From Eledone cirrhosa (Eukaryota), in assembly GCA_964016885.1 (NCBI GenBank), contig OZ024742.1:215574001-215638000 (forward strand): 64,000 nt of DNA. The letters are read 5' to 3'. The position numbers and the translations under genes are program-made. The notes under the pieces are model-generated. The model made no database searches and was not told the DNA's origin. It saw nothing but the letters and a program-made list of their open reading frames with translations. How positions within the stretch are numbered: the first letter of the stretch is position 1; each line of letters opens with the position of its first letter. Below, piece by piece: positions 1 through 12,500 of the stretch.

Positions 1-345
1 TGATAGTTAGATAGTTGGTGGAGTGATGTTTGTAGTGGTGTGTTGTTGCTGATAGTGAGATAGATGGTGGAGTGGTGTTTATAGTGGTGTGTTGTTGCTG
101 ATAGTGAGATAGATGGTGGAGTGGTGTTTGTAGTGGTGTGTTGTTGGTGATAGTAGATAGATGGTGGAGTAGTCTGTGTAGTGATGTGTTGTTGGTGATA
201 GTAAGATAGTTAGTGGAGTGGTGTTTGTAGTGGTGTGTTGTTGGTGATAGTTAGAAAGTTGGTGGAGCGGTGTTTGTAGTGGTGTATTTTTGGTGATAGT
301 TAGATAGATGGTGGAATGGTGTTTGTAGTAGTGTGTTGTTGCTGA

Positions 346-3300
346 ATAGTTAGATAGTTGGTGGAGTGGTGTTTGTAGTGGTGTCATGTTGCTGATAGTT
401 AGATAGTTGTTGGAGTGGTGTTTGTAGAGGTGTGTTGTTGGTGATAGTGAGATAGATGGTGGAGTGGTGTTTGTAGTGGTGTGTTGTTGGTGATAGTTAG
501 ATAGTTGGTAAAGTTGTGTTTGTAGTGGTGTGTTGTTGCTGATAGTTAGATAGTTGGTGGAGTGGTGTTTTTAGTGGTGTGTTGTTGGTGATAGTTAGAT
601 AGATGTTGGAGTGGTGTTTGTAGTTGTGTGTTGTTGGTGATAGTTAGATAGTTGGTGGAGTGGTGTTTGTCGTGTTTTGCTGTTGGTGATAGTTAGATAG
701 ATGTTGGAATGGTGTTTGTAGTTGTGTGTTGTTGTTGATAGTTAGATAGTTGGTGGAGTGGTGTTTGTAGTGGTGTGTTGTTGGTGATTGTTAGATAGTT
801 GGTGCAGTGGTGTTTGTAGTGGTGTGTTGTTGGTGATAGTTAGATAGTTGGTGGAGTGGTGTTTGTAGTGGTGTGTTGTTGCTGATAGTAAGATAGTTGG
901 TGGAGTGGTGTTTGTAGTGGTGTGTTGTTGGCGATAGTGAGATAGATGGTGGAGTGGTGTTTGTAGTGGTGTGTTGTTGGTGATAGTTAGATAGTTGGTG
1001 GAGTGGTGTTTGTAGTGGTGTGTTGTTGCTGATAGTTAGATAGTTGGTGGAGTGGAGTTTTTAGTGGTGTGTTGTTGGTGATAGTTAGATAGTTGGTGGA
1101 GTGGTGTTTGTAGTGGTGTGTTGTTGCTGATAGTTAGATCATTGGCGGAGTGGTGTTTGTAGTGGTGTGTTGTTGGTGATAGTTAGATAGTTGGTGGAGT
1201 GGTGTTTGTAGTAGTGTGTTGTTGCTGATAGTTAGATAGTTGTTGGAGTGGTGTTTGTAGTGGTGTGTTGTTGCTGATATTTAGATAGTTGGTGCAGTGG
1301 TGTTTGTAGTGGTGTGTTGTTGGTGATAGTGAGATAGATGGTGGGGTGGTGTTTGTAGTGGTGTGTGGTTGGTGATAGTTAGATAGATGGTGGAGTGGTG
1401 TTTGTAGTGGTGTGTTGTTGGTGATAGTTAGATAGTTGGTGGAGTGGTGTTTGTAGTGGTGTGTTGTCGGTGATAGTTAGATAGATGGTGGAGTGGAGTT
1501 TGTAGTGGTGTGTTGTTGGTGATAGCGAGATATATGGTGGAGTGGTGTTTGTAGTGGTGTGTTGTTGCTGATAGTTAGATAGTTGGTGGAGTGGTGTTTA
1601 TAGTGGTGTGTTGTTGCCGATAGTTAGATAGTTGGTGGAGTGGTGTTTGGAGTGGTGTTTGTAGTGGTGTGTTGTTGGTGATAGTTAGATAGTTGGTAAA
1701 GTGTTGTTTGTAGTGGTGTGTTGTTGCTGATAGTTAGATAGTTGGTGGAGTGGTGTTTGTAGTGGTGTGTTGTTGGTTATAGTTAGATAGTTGGTGGAGT
1801 GGTGTTTGTAGTAGTGTGCTGTTGCTGATAGTTAGATAGTTGGTGGAGTGGTGTTTGTAGTGGTGTGTTGTTGCTGATAGTTAGATAGTTGGTGGAGTGG
1901 TGTTTGTAGTGTTGTGTTGTTGGTGATAGTTAGATAGTTGGTGGAGTGTTGTTTGTAGTGGTGTGTTGTTGGTGATAGTTAGATATATGGTGGAGTGGTG
2001 TTTGTATTGGTGTGTTGTTGGTGATAGTTAGATAGTTGGTGGAGTGGTGTTTGTAGTGGTGTCATGTTGCTGATAGTTAGATAGTTGTTGGAGTGGTGTT
2101 TGTAGAGGTGTGTTGTTGGTGATAGTGAGATAGATGGTGGAGTGGTGTTTGTAGTGGTGTGTTGTTGGTGATAGTTAGATAGTTGGTAAAGTTGTGTTTG
2201 TAGTGGTGTGTTGTTGCTGATAGTTAGATAGTTGGTGGAGTGGTGTTTTTAGTGGTGTGTTGTTGGTGATAGTTAGATAGATGTTGGAGTGGTGTTTGTA
2301 GTTGTGTGTTGTTGGTGATAGTTAGATAGTTGGTGGAGTGGTGTTTGTCGTGTTTTGCTGTTGGTGATAGTTAGATAGATGTTGGAATGGTGTTTGTAGT
2401 TGTGTGTTGTTGTTGATAGTTAGATAGTTGGTGGAGTGGTGTTTGTAGTGGTGTGTTGTTGGTGATTGTTAGATAGTTGGTGCAGTGGTGTTTGTAGTGG
2501 TGTGTTGTTGGTGATAGTTAGATAGTTGGTGGAGTGGTGTTTGTAGTGGTGTGTTGTTGCTGATAGTAAGATAGTTGGTGGAGTGGTGTTTGTAGTGGTG
2601 TGTTGTTGGCGATAGTGAGATAGATGGTGGAGTGGTGTTTGTAGTGGTGTGTTGTTGGTGATAGTTAGATAGTTGGTGGAGTGGTGTTTGTAGTGGTGTG
2701 TTGTTGCTGATAGTTAGATAGTTGGTGGAGTGGAGTTTTTAGTGGTGTGTTGTTGGTGATAGTTAGATAGTTGGTGGAGTGGTGTTTGTAGTGGTGTGTT
2801 GTTGCTGATAGTTAGATCATTGGCGGAGTGGTGTTTGTAGTGGTGTGTTGTTGGTGATAGTTAGATAGTTGGTGGAGTGGTGTTTGTAGTAGTGTGTTGT
2901 TGCTGATAGTTAGATAGTTGTTGGAGTGGTGTTTGTAGTGGTGTGTTGTTGCTGATATTTAGATAGTTGGTGCAGTGGTGTTTGTAGTGGTGTGTTGTTG
3001 GTGATAGTGAGATAGATGGTGGGGTGGTGTTTGTAGTGGTGTGTGGTTGGTGATAGTTAGATAGATGGTGGAGTGGTGTTTGTAGTGGTGTGTTGTTGGT
3101 GATAGTTAGATAGTTGGTGGAGTGGTGTTTGTAGTGGTGTGTTGTCGGTGATAGTTAGATAGATGGTGGAGTGGAGTTTGTAGTGGTGTGTTGTTGGTGA
3201 TAGCGAGATATATGGTGGAGTGGTGTTTGTAGTGGTGTGTTGTTGCTGATAGTTAGATAGTTGGTGGAGTGGTGTTTATAGTGGTGTGTTGTTGCCGATA

Positions 3301-3740
3301 GTTAGATAGTTGGTGGAGTGGTGTTTGGAGTGGTGTTTGTAGTGGTGTGTTGTTGGTGATAGTTAGATAGTTGGTAAAGTGTTGTTTGTAGTGGTGTGTT
3401 GTTGCTGATAGTTAGATAGTTGGTGGAGTGGTGTTTGTAGTGGTGTGTTGTTGGTTATAGTTAGATAGTTGGTGGAGTGGTGTTTGTAGTAGTGTGCTGT
3501 TGCTGATAGTTAGATAGTTGGTGGAGTGGTGTTTGTAGTGGTGTGTTGTTGCTGATAGTTAGATAGTTGGTGGAGTGGTGTTTGTAGTGTTGTGTTGTTG
3601 GTGATAGTTAGATAGTTGGTGGAGTGTTGTTTGTAGTGGTGTGTTGTTGGTGATAGTTAGATATATGGTGGAGTGGTGTTTGTATTGGTGTGTTGTTGGT
3701 GATAGTTAGATAGTTGGTGGAGTGGTGTTTGTAGTGGTGT
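346..3740 (+). repeat. Tandem higher-order duplication, period 1678 bp (34 monomers plus one 12-bp insertion), 2 copies
   Basis: Rare variants recur at +1678: TCATG at 384/2062, the C of GTCGTGTTTTGC at 671/2349, the C of GATCATTGGCGG at 1140/2818, and ATATATGG at 1983/3661. 34x49+12=1678. Confidence 0.95.
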
Positions 3741-6159
3741 GTTGTTGGTCATAGTTAGATAGTTGGTGGAGTGGTGTTTGTAGTGGTGTGTTGTTGCTGA
3801 TAGTTAGATAGTTGGCGGAGTGGTGTTTATAGTGGTGTGTTGTTGCTGATAGTTAGATAGTTAGTGGAGTGGTGTTTGTAGTGGTGTGTTGTTGGTGATA
3901 GTTAGATAGTTGGTGGAGTGGTGTTTGTAGTGGTGTATTTTTGGTGATAGTTAGAAAGATGGTGGAGTGGTGTTTGTAGTGATGTGTTGTTTCTGATAGT
4001 TAGATAGTTGGTGGAGTGGTGTTTGTAGTGGTGTCATGTTGGTGATAGTGAGATAGATAGTGGAGTGGTGTTTGTTATGGTGTGTTGTTGGTGATAGTTA
4101 GATAGTTGGTGGAGTGGTGTTTGTAGTGGTGTGTTGTTGGTGATAGTTAGATAGTTGGTGGAGTGGTGTTTGTAGTGGTGTGTTGTCGCTGATAGTGAGA
4201 TAGATGGTGGAGTGGTGTTTGTAGTGGTGTGTTGTTGGTGATAGTTAGATAGTTGGTGGAGTGGTGTTTATAGTGGTGTGTTGTTTCTGAATAGTTAGAT
4301 AGTTGGTGGAGTGGTGTTTGTAGTGGTGTCATGTTGCTGATAGTTAGATAGTTGGTGAAGTGGTGTTTGTAGTGGTATGTTGTTGGTGATAGTTAGATAG
4401 TTGGTGGAGTGGTGTTTGTAGAGGTGTGTTGTTGGTGATAGTGAGATAGATGGTGGAGTGGTGTTTGTAGTGGTGTGTTGTTGGTGATAGTTAAATAGTT
4501 GGTGGAGTGGTGTTTTTAGTGGTGTGTTGTTGGTGATAGTTAGATAGTTGGTGGAGTGGTGTTTGTAGTAGTGTGTTGTTGCTGATAGCTAGATAGATGG
4601 TGGAGTGGTGTTTGTAGTGGTGTGTTGTTGGTGATAGTTAGATAGATGGTGGAGTGGTGTTTGTAGTGGTGTGTTGTTGCTGATAGTTAGATAGATGGTG
4701 GAATGGTGTTTGTAGTGGTGTGTTGTTGCTGATAGTTAGATAGATGTTGGAATGGTGTTTGTAGTTGTGTGTTGTTGTTGATAGTTAGATAGTTGGTGGA
4801 GTGGTGTTTGTAGTGGTGTGTTGTTGGTGATTGTTAGATAGTTGGTGCAGTGGTGTTTGTAGTGGTGTGTTGTTGGTGATAGTTAGATAGTTGGTGGAGT
4901 GGTGTTTGTAGTGGTGTGTTGTTGCTGATAGTAAGATAGATGGTGGAGTGGTGTTTGTAGTGGTGTGTTGTTGCTGATAGTGAGATAGATGTTGGAGTGG
5001 TGTTTGTAGTGGAGTGTTGTTGGTGATAGTTAGATAGTTGGTGGAGTAGTGTTTGTAGTGATGTGTTGTTGGTGATAGTTAGATAGTTGGTGGAGTGGTG
5101 TTTGAAGTGGTGTGTTGTTGGTGATAGTTATATATATGGTGGAGTGGTGTTTGTAGTGATGTGTTGTTTCTGATAGATAGATAGTTGGTGGAGTGGTGTT
5201 TGTAGCGGTGTCATGTTGTTCATAGTTAGATAGTTGGTGAAGTGGTGTTTGTAGTGGTGTGTTGTTGGTGATAGTTAGATAGTTGGTGGAGTGGTGTTTG
5301 TAGTGGTGTGTTGTTGCTGATAGTTAGATAGTTGGTGGAGTGGTGTTTGTAGTGGTGTGTTGTTGGTGATAGTGAGATAGATGGTGGAGTGGTGTTTGTA
5401 GTGGTGTGTTGTTGGTGATAGATAGATAGTTGGTTAAGTGGTGTTTATAGTGGTGTGTTGTTGCTGATAGTTAGATAGATGGTGGAGTGGTGTTTGGAGT
5501 GGTGTTTGGAGTGGTGTGTTGTTGCTGATAGTTAGATAGTTGGTGGTGAGGTGTTTGTAGTGGTGTGTTGTTGGTGATAGTTAGATAGTTGGTGGAGTGG
5601 TGTTTGCAGTTGTGTGTTGTTTTTGATAGTTAGATAGATGGTGGAGTGGTGTTTGTAGTGGTGTGTTGTTAGTGATAGTTAGATAGTTGGTGGAGTGGTG
5701 TTTGTAGTGGTGTGTTGTTGCTGATAGTTAGATAGTTGGTGGAGTGGTGTTTGTAGTGGTGTGTTGTTGCTGATAGTTAGATAGTTGGTGGAGTGGTGTT
5801 TGTAGTGGTGTGGTGTTGGTGATAGTTAGATAGTTGGTGGAGTGGTGTTTGTAGTGTTGTGTTGTTGGTATTGTTAGATAGTTGGTGGAGTGGTGTTTGG
5901 AGTGGTGTGTTGTTGCTGATAATTAGATAGTTGGTGGAGTGGTGTTTGTAGTGGTGTGGTGTTGGTGATAGTTAGATAGTTGGTGGAGTGGTGTTTGTAA
6001 TGGTGTGTTGTTGGTGATAGTTAGATAGTTGGTGGAGTGGTGTTTGTAGTGGTGTGTTGTTGCTGATAGTGAGATAGATGGTGGAGTGGTGTTTGTAGTG
6101 GTGTGTTGTTGGTGATAGTAGATAGATGGTGGAGTAGTGTTTGTAGTGATGTGTTGTTG

Positions 6160-7640
6160 GTGATAGTTAGATAGTTGGTGGAGTGGTGTTTGTAGTGGTG
6201 TGTTGTTGGCGATAGTGAGATAGATGGTGGAGTGGTGTTTGTAGTGGTGTGTTGTTGGTGATAGTTAGATAGTTGGTGGAGTGGTGTTTGTAGTGGTGTG
6301 TTGTTGCTGATAGTTAGATAGTTGGTGGAGTGGAGTTTTTAGTGGTGTGTTGTTGGTGATAGTTAGATAGTTGGTGGAGTGGTGTTTGTAGTGGTGTGTT
6401 GTTGCTGATAGTTAGATCATTGGTGGAGTGGTGTTTGTAGTGGTGTGTTGTTGGTGATAGTTAGATAGTTGGTGGAGTGGTGTTTGTAGTGGTGTGTTGT
6501 CGGTGATAGTTAGATAGATGGTGGAGTGGAGTTTGTAGTGGTGTGTTGTTGGTGATAGCGAGATATATGGTGGAGTGGTGTTTGTAGTGGTGTGTTGTTG
6601 CTGATAGTTAGATAGTTGGTGGAGTGGTGTTTATAGTGGTGTGTTGTTGCCGATAGTTAGATAGTTGGTGGAGTGGTGTTTGGAGTGGTGTTTGTAGTGG
6701 TGTGTTGTTGGTGATAGTTAGATAGTTGGTAAAGTGTTGTTTGTAGTGGTGTGTTGTTGCTGATAGTTAGATAGTTGGTGGAGTGGTGTTTGTAGTGGTG
6801 TGTTGTTGGTTATAGTTAGATAGTTGGTGGAGTGGTGTTTGTAGTAGTGTGCTGTTGCTGATAGTTAGATAGTTGGTGGAGTGGTGTTTGTAGTGGTGTG
6901 TTGTTGCTGATAGTTAGATAGTTGGTGGAGTGGTGTTTGTAGTGGTGTGTTGTTGGTGATAGTTAGATAGTTGGTGGAGTGTTGTTTGTAGTGGTGTGTT
7001 GTTGGTGATAGTTAGATATATGGTGGAGTGGTGTTTGTATTGGTGTGTTGTTGGTGATAGTTAGATAGTTGGTGGAATGGTGTTTGTAGTGGTGTGTTGT
7101 TGGTCATAGTTAGATAGTTGGTGGAGTGGTGTTTGTAGTGGTGTGTTGTTGCTGATAGTTAGATAGTTGGCGGAGTGGTGTTTATAGTGGTGTGTTGTTG
7201 CTGATAGTTAGATAGTTAGTGGAGTGGTGTTTGTAGTGGTGTGTTGTTGGTGATAGTTAGATAGTTGGTGGAGTGGTGTTTGTAGTGGTGTATTTTTGGT
7301 GATAGTTAGAAAGATGGTGGAGTGGTGTTTGTAGTGATGTGTTGTTTCTGATAGTTAGATAGTTGGTGGAGTGGTGTTTGTAGTGGTGTCATGTTGGTGA
7401 TAGTGAGATAGATGGTGGAGTGGTGTTTGTTATGGTGTGTTGTTGGTGATAGTTAGATAGTTGGTGGAGTGGTGTTTGTAGTGGTGTGTTGTTGGTGATA
7501 GTTAGATAGTTGGTGGAGTGGTGTTTGTAGTGGTGTGTTGTTGCTGATAGTGAGATAGATGGTGGAGTGGTGTTTGTAGTGGTGTGTTGTTGGTGATAGT
7601 TAGATAGTTGGTGGAGTGGTGTTTATAGTGGTGTGTTGTT
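6160..7640 (+). repeat. Displaced copy of about 2,570-4,285 lacking 5 monomers
   Basis: The C of GATCAT is at 2818/6418 (offset 3600) and the C of TCGGTG is at 3146/6501 (offset 3355). The difference of 245 equals 5x49. The downstream markers GGTCATAG, GGCGGAG..TTTATAG, TTAGAAAGATGG and TTTGTTATGG are shared in the same order. Confidence 0.9.
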
Positions 7641-9233
7641 GCTGATAGTTAGATAGTTGGTGGAGTGGTGTTTGGAGTGGTGTTTGTAGTGGTGTGTTGC
7701 TGGTGATAGTTAGATAGTTGGTAAAGTGGTGTTTGTAGTGATGTGTTGTTGCTGATAGTTAGATAGTTGGTGGAGTGGTGTTTGTAGTGGTGTGTTGTTG
7801 GTGATAGTTAGATAGTTGGTGGAGTGGTGTTTGTAGTGGTGTGTTGTTGCTGATAGTTAGATAGTTGGTGGAGTGGTGTTTGTAGTGGTGTGTTTTGGAG
7901 ATAGTTAGATAGTTGGTGGAGTGGTGTTTGTAGTGGTGTGTTGTTCGTGATAGTTAGATAGATGGTGGAGTGGTGTTTGTATTGGTGTGTTGTTGGTGAT
8001 AGTTAGATAGTTGGTGGAGTGGTGTTTGTAGTTGTGTGTTGTTGGTCATAGTTAGATAGTTGGTGGAGTGGTGTTTGTAGTGGTGTGTTGTTGCTGATAG
8101 TTAGATAGTTGGTGGAGTGGTGTTTGTAGTGGTGTGTAGTTGCTGATAGTTAGATAGTTGGCGGAGTGGTGTTTATAGAGGTGTGTTGTTGCTGATAGTT
8201 AGATAGTTAGTGGAGTGGTGTTTGTAGTGGTGTGTTGTTGGTGATAGTTAGATAGTTGGTGGAGTGGTGTTTGTAGTGGTGTATTTTTGGTGATAGTTAG
8301 ATACATGGTGGAGTGGTGTTTGTAGTGATGTGTTGTTTCTGATAGTTAGATAGTTGGTGGAGTGGTGTTTGTAGTGGTGTCATGTTGCTGATAGTTAGAT
8401 AGTTGGTGAAGTGGTGTTTGTAGTGGTGTGTTGTTGGTGATAGTTAGATAGTTGGTGGAGTGGTGTTTGTAGAGGCGTGTTGTTGGTGATAGTGAGATAG
8501 ATGGTTGAGTGGTGTTTGTAGTGGTGTGTTGTTGGTGATAGTTAGATAGTTGGTGGAGTGGTGTTTGTAGTGGTGTGTTGTTGGTGATAGTTAGATAGTT
8601 GGTAGAGTGGTGTTTGTAGTGGTGTGTTGTTGGTGATAGTGAGACAGATGGTGTAGTGGTGTTTGGAGTGGTGTCTGTAGTGGTGTGTTGTTGGTGATAG
8701 TTAGATAGTTAGTGGAGTGGTGTTTGTAGTGATGTGTTGTTGCTGACAGTTAGATAGTTGGTGGAGTGGTGTTAGTAGTGGTGTGTTGTTGGTGATAGTT
8801 AGATAGATGGTGGAGTGGTGTTTGTAGTGTTGTGTTGTTTCTGATAGTTAGATAGTTGGTGGAGTGGTGTTTGTAGTGGTGTGTTGTTGGTGATAGTTAG
8901 ATAGTTGGTGGAGTGGTGTTTGTAGTGGTTTGTTGTTGGTGATAGTTAGATAGTTGTTGGAATGGTGTTTGTAGTTGGGTGTTGTTGGTGATAGTTAGAT
9001 AGTTGGTGGAGTGGTGTTTGTAGAGGTGTGTTGTTGGTGATAGTTAGACAGTTGGTGCAGTGGTGTTTGTAGTGGTGTGTTGTTGGTGATAGTTAGATAG
9101 TTGGTGCAGTGGTGTTTGTAGTGGTGTGTTGTTGCTGATAGTGAGATAGATGGTGGAGTGGTGTTTGTAGTGGTGTGTTGTTGCTGATAGTGAGATAGAT
9201 GGTGGAGTGGTGTTTGTAGTGGTGTGTTGTTGG

Positions 9234-9575
9234 TGATAGTTAGATAGTTGGTGGAGTGATGTTTGTAGTGGTGTGTTGTTGCTGATAGTGAGATAGATGG
9301 TGGAGTGGTGTTTATAGTGGTGTGTTGTTGCTGATAGTGAGATAGATGGTGGAGTGGTGTTTGTAGTGGTGTGTTGTTGGTGATAGTAGATAGATGGTGG
9401 AGTAGTCTGTGTAGTGATGTGTTGTTGGTGATAGTAAGATAGTTAGTGGAGTGGTGTTTGTAGTGGTGTGTTGTTGGTGATAGTTAGATAGTTGGTGGAG
9501 CGGTGTTTGTAGTGGTGTATTTTTGGTGATAGTTAGATAGATGGTGGAATGGTGTTTGTAGTAGTGTGTTGTTGC
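9234..9575 (+). repeat. Copy of window start (1 to about 340), offset 9233
   Basis: The C of TAGTCTGTGTAG is at 174/9407. In both places it is followed by TAGTAAGATAGTTAGTGG, GGAGCGG..TATTTTTGG and GGAATGG..GTAGTAGTG. Confidence 0.88.
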
Positions 9576-12500
9576 TGATAGTGAGATAGTTGGTGGAGTG
9601 GTGTTTATAGTGGTGTGTTGTTGCTGATAGTGAGATAGATGGTGGAGTGGTGTTTGTAGTGGTGTGTTGTTGGTGATAGTAGATAGATGGTGGAGTAGTG
9701 TTCGTAGTGATGTGTTGTTGGTGATAGTTAGATAGTTGGTGGAGTGGTGTTTGTAGTGGTTTGTTGTTGGTGATAGTGAGATAGATGGTGGAGTGGTGTT
9801 TGTAGTGGTGTGTTGTTTCTGATAGTTAGATAGTTGGTGGAGTGGTGTTTGTAGTGGTGTGTTGTTGGTGATAGTTAGATAGTTGGTAAAGTTGTGTTTG
9901 TAGTGGTGTGTTGTTGCTGATAGTTAGATAGTTGGTAAAGTTGTGTTTGTAGTGGTGTGTTGTTGCTGATAGTTAGATAGTTGGTGGAGTGGTGTTTTTA
10001 GTGGTGTGTTGTTGGTGATAGTTAGATAGTTGGTGCAGTGGTGTTTGTAGTGGCGTGTTGTTGGTGATAGATAGATAGTTGGTGGAGTGTTGTTTGTAGT
10101 GGTGTGTTGTTGCTGATAGTAAGATAGATGGTGGAGTGGTCTTTGTAGTGGTGTGTTGTTGCTGATAGTGAGATAGATGTTGGAGTGGTGTTTGTAGTGG
10201 TGTGTTGTTGGTGATAGTTAGATAGTTGGTGGAGTGGTGTTTGTAGTAGTGTGTTGTTGCTGATAGTGAGATAGTTGGTGGAGTGGTGTTTATAGTGGTG
10301 TGTTGTTGCTGATAGTGAGATAGATGGTGGAGTGGTGTTTGTAGTGGTGTGTTGTTGGTGATAGTAGATAGATGGTGGAGTAGTGTTCGTAGTGATGTGT
10401 TGTTGGTGATAGTTAGATAGTTGGTGGAGTGGTGTTTGTAGTGGTGTGTTGTTGGTGATAGTGAGATAGATGGTGGAGTGGTGTTTGTAGTGGTGTGTTG
10501 TTGGTGATAGTTAGATAGTTGGTGGAGTGGTGTTTGTAGTGGTGTGTTGTTGGTGATAGTTAGATAGTTGGTGGAGTGGTGTTTGTAGTGGTGTGTTGTT
10601 GCTGATAGTGAGATAGATGGTGGAGTGGTGTTTGTAGTGGTGTGTTGTTGGTGATAGTTAGATTGTTGGTGGAGTGGTGTTTATAGTGGTGTGTTGTTGC
10701 TGATAGTTAGATAGTTGGTGGAGTGGTGTTTGGAGTGGTGTTTGTAGTGGTGTGTTGTTGGTGATAGTTAGATAGTTGGTAAAGTGGTGTTTGTAGTGGT
10801 GTGTTGTTGCTGATAGTTAGATAGTTGGTGGAGTGGTGTTTGTAGTGGTGTGTTGTTGGTGATAGTTAGATAGTTGGTGGAGTGGTGTTTGTAGTAGTGT
10901 GTTGTTTCTGATAGTTAGATAGTTGGTGGAGTGGTGTTTGTAGTGGTGTGTTGTTGGTGATAGTTAAATAGATGGTGAAGTGGTGTTTGTAGTGGTGTGT
11001 TGTTGCTGATAGTTAGATAGTTGGTGGAGTGGTATTTGTAGTGGTGTGTTGTTGGTGATAGTTAGGTAGAAGGTGCAGTGGTGTTTGTAGTGGTGTGTTG
11101 TTGGTGATAGTTAGCTAGTTGGTGGAGTGTTGTTTGTAGTGGTGTGTTGTCGGCGATAGTTAGATAGATGGTGGAGTGGTGTTTGTAGTGGTGTGTTGTC
11201 GGTGATAGTTAGATAGATGGTGGAATGGTGTTTGTAGTGATGTGTTGTTGCTGATAGTTAGATAGTTGGTGGAGTGGTGTTTTAGTGGTGTGTTGTTGGT
11301 GATAGTTAGATAGTTGGTGGAGTGGTTTTTGTAGTCGTTTGTTGTTGGTGATAGTTAGATAGTTGGTGGAGTGGTGTTTGTAGTGGTGTGTTGTTGGTCA
11401 TAGTTAGATAGTTGGTGGAGTGGTGTTTGTAGTGGTGTGGTGTTGGTGATAGTTAGATAGATGGTGGAGTGTTGTTTATAGTGGTGTGTTGTTGGTACAG
11501 TTAGATAGTTGGTGGAGTGTTGTTTGTAGTGGTGTGTTGTTGCTGATAGTTAGATAGTTGGTGGAGTGGTGTTTGTAGTGGTGTGTTGTTGGTGATATTT
11601 AGATAGTTAGTGGAGTGGTGTTTGTAGTGATGTGTTGTTGCTGATAGTTAGATAGTTGGTGGAGTGGTGTTAGTAGTGGTGTGTTGTTGGTGATAGTTAG
11701 ATAGATGGTGGAGTGGTGTTTGTAGTGTTGTGTTGTTTCTGATAGTTAGATAGTTGGTGGAGTGGTGTTTGTAGTGGTGTGTTGTTGGTGATAGTTAAAT
11801 AGATGGTGAAGTGGTGTTTGTAGTGGTGTGTTGTTGCTGATAGTTAGCTAGTTGGTGGAGTGGTGTTTGTAGTGGTGTGTTGTTGGTGATAGTTAGATAG
11901 AAGGTGCAGTGGTGTTTGTAGTGGTGTGTTGTTGGTGATAGTTAGATAGTTGGTGGAGTGATGTTTGTAGTGGTGTGTTGTTGCTGATAGTGAGATAGAT
12001 GGTGGAGTGGTGTTTATAGTGGTGTGTTGTTGCTGATAGTGAGATAGATGGTGGAGTGGTGTTTGTAGTGGTGTGTTGTTGGTGATAGTAGATAGATGGT
12101 GGAGTAGTGTGTGTAGTGATGTGTTGTTGGTGATAGTTAGATAGTTAGTGGAGTGGTGTTTGTAGTGGTGTGTTGTTGGTGATAGTTAGATAGTTGGTGG
12201 AGCGGTGTTTGTAGTGGTGTATTTTTGGTGATAGTTAGATAGACGGTGGAATGGTGTTTATAGTTGTGTGTTGTTTCTGATAGTTAGATAGTTGGTGGAG
12301 TGGTGTTTGTAGTGGTGTCATGTTGCTGATAGTTAGATCGTTGGTGAAGTGGTGTTTGTAGTGGTTTGTTGTTGGTGATAGTTAGATAGTTGGTGGAGTG
12401 GTGTTTATAGTGGTGTGTTGTTGGTGATAGTTAGATAGTTGGTGAAGTGGTGTTTGTAGTGGTGTGTTGTTGGTGATAGTTAGATAGTTGGTGGAGTGGT

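Noticed and set aside
79-387. 102-aa minus-strand ORF (MTPLQTPLHQ...)
   Set aside because: It is a translation of the satellite. The ATG comes from the rare GTCATG variant and the frame stays open only because variants or indels bypass the TAA in ATCTAACTA. There is no gene context.
4147-4332. 61-aa minus-strand ORF
   Set aside because: It has the same origin: a GTCATG variant start plus a 1-bp insertion (TGAATAG) that skips one repeat-encoded TAA.
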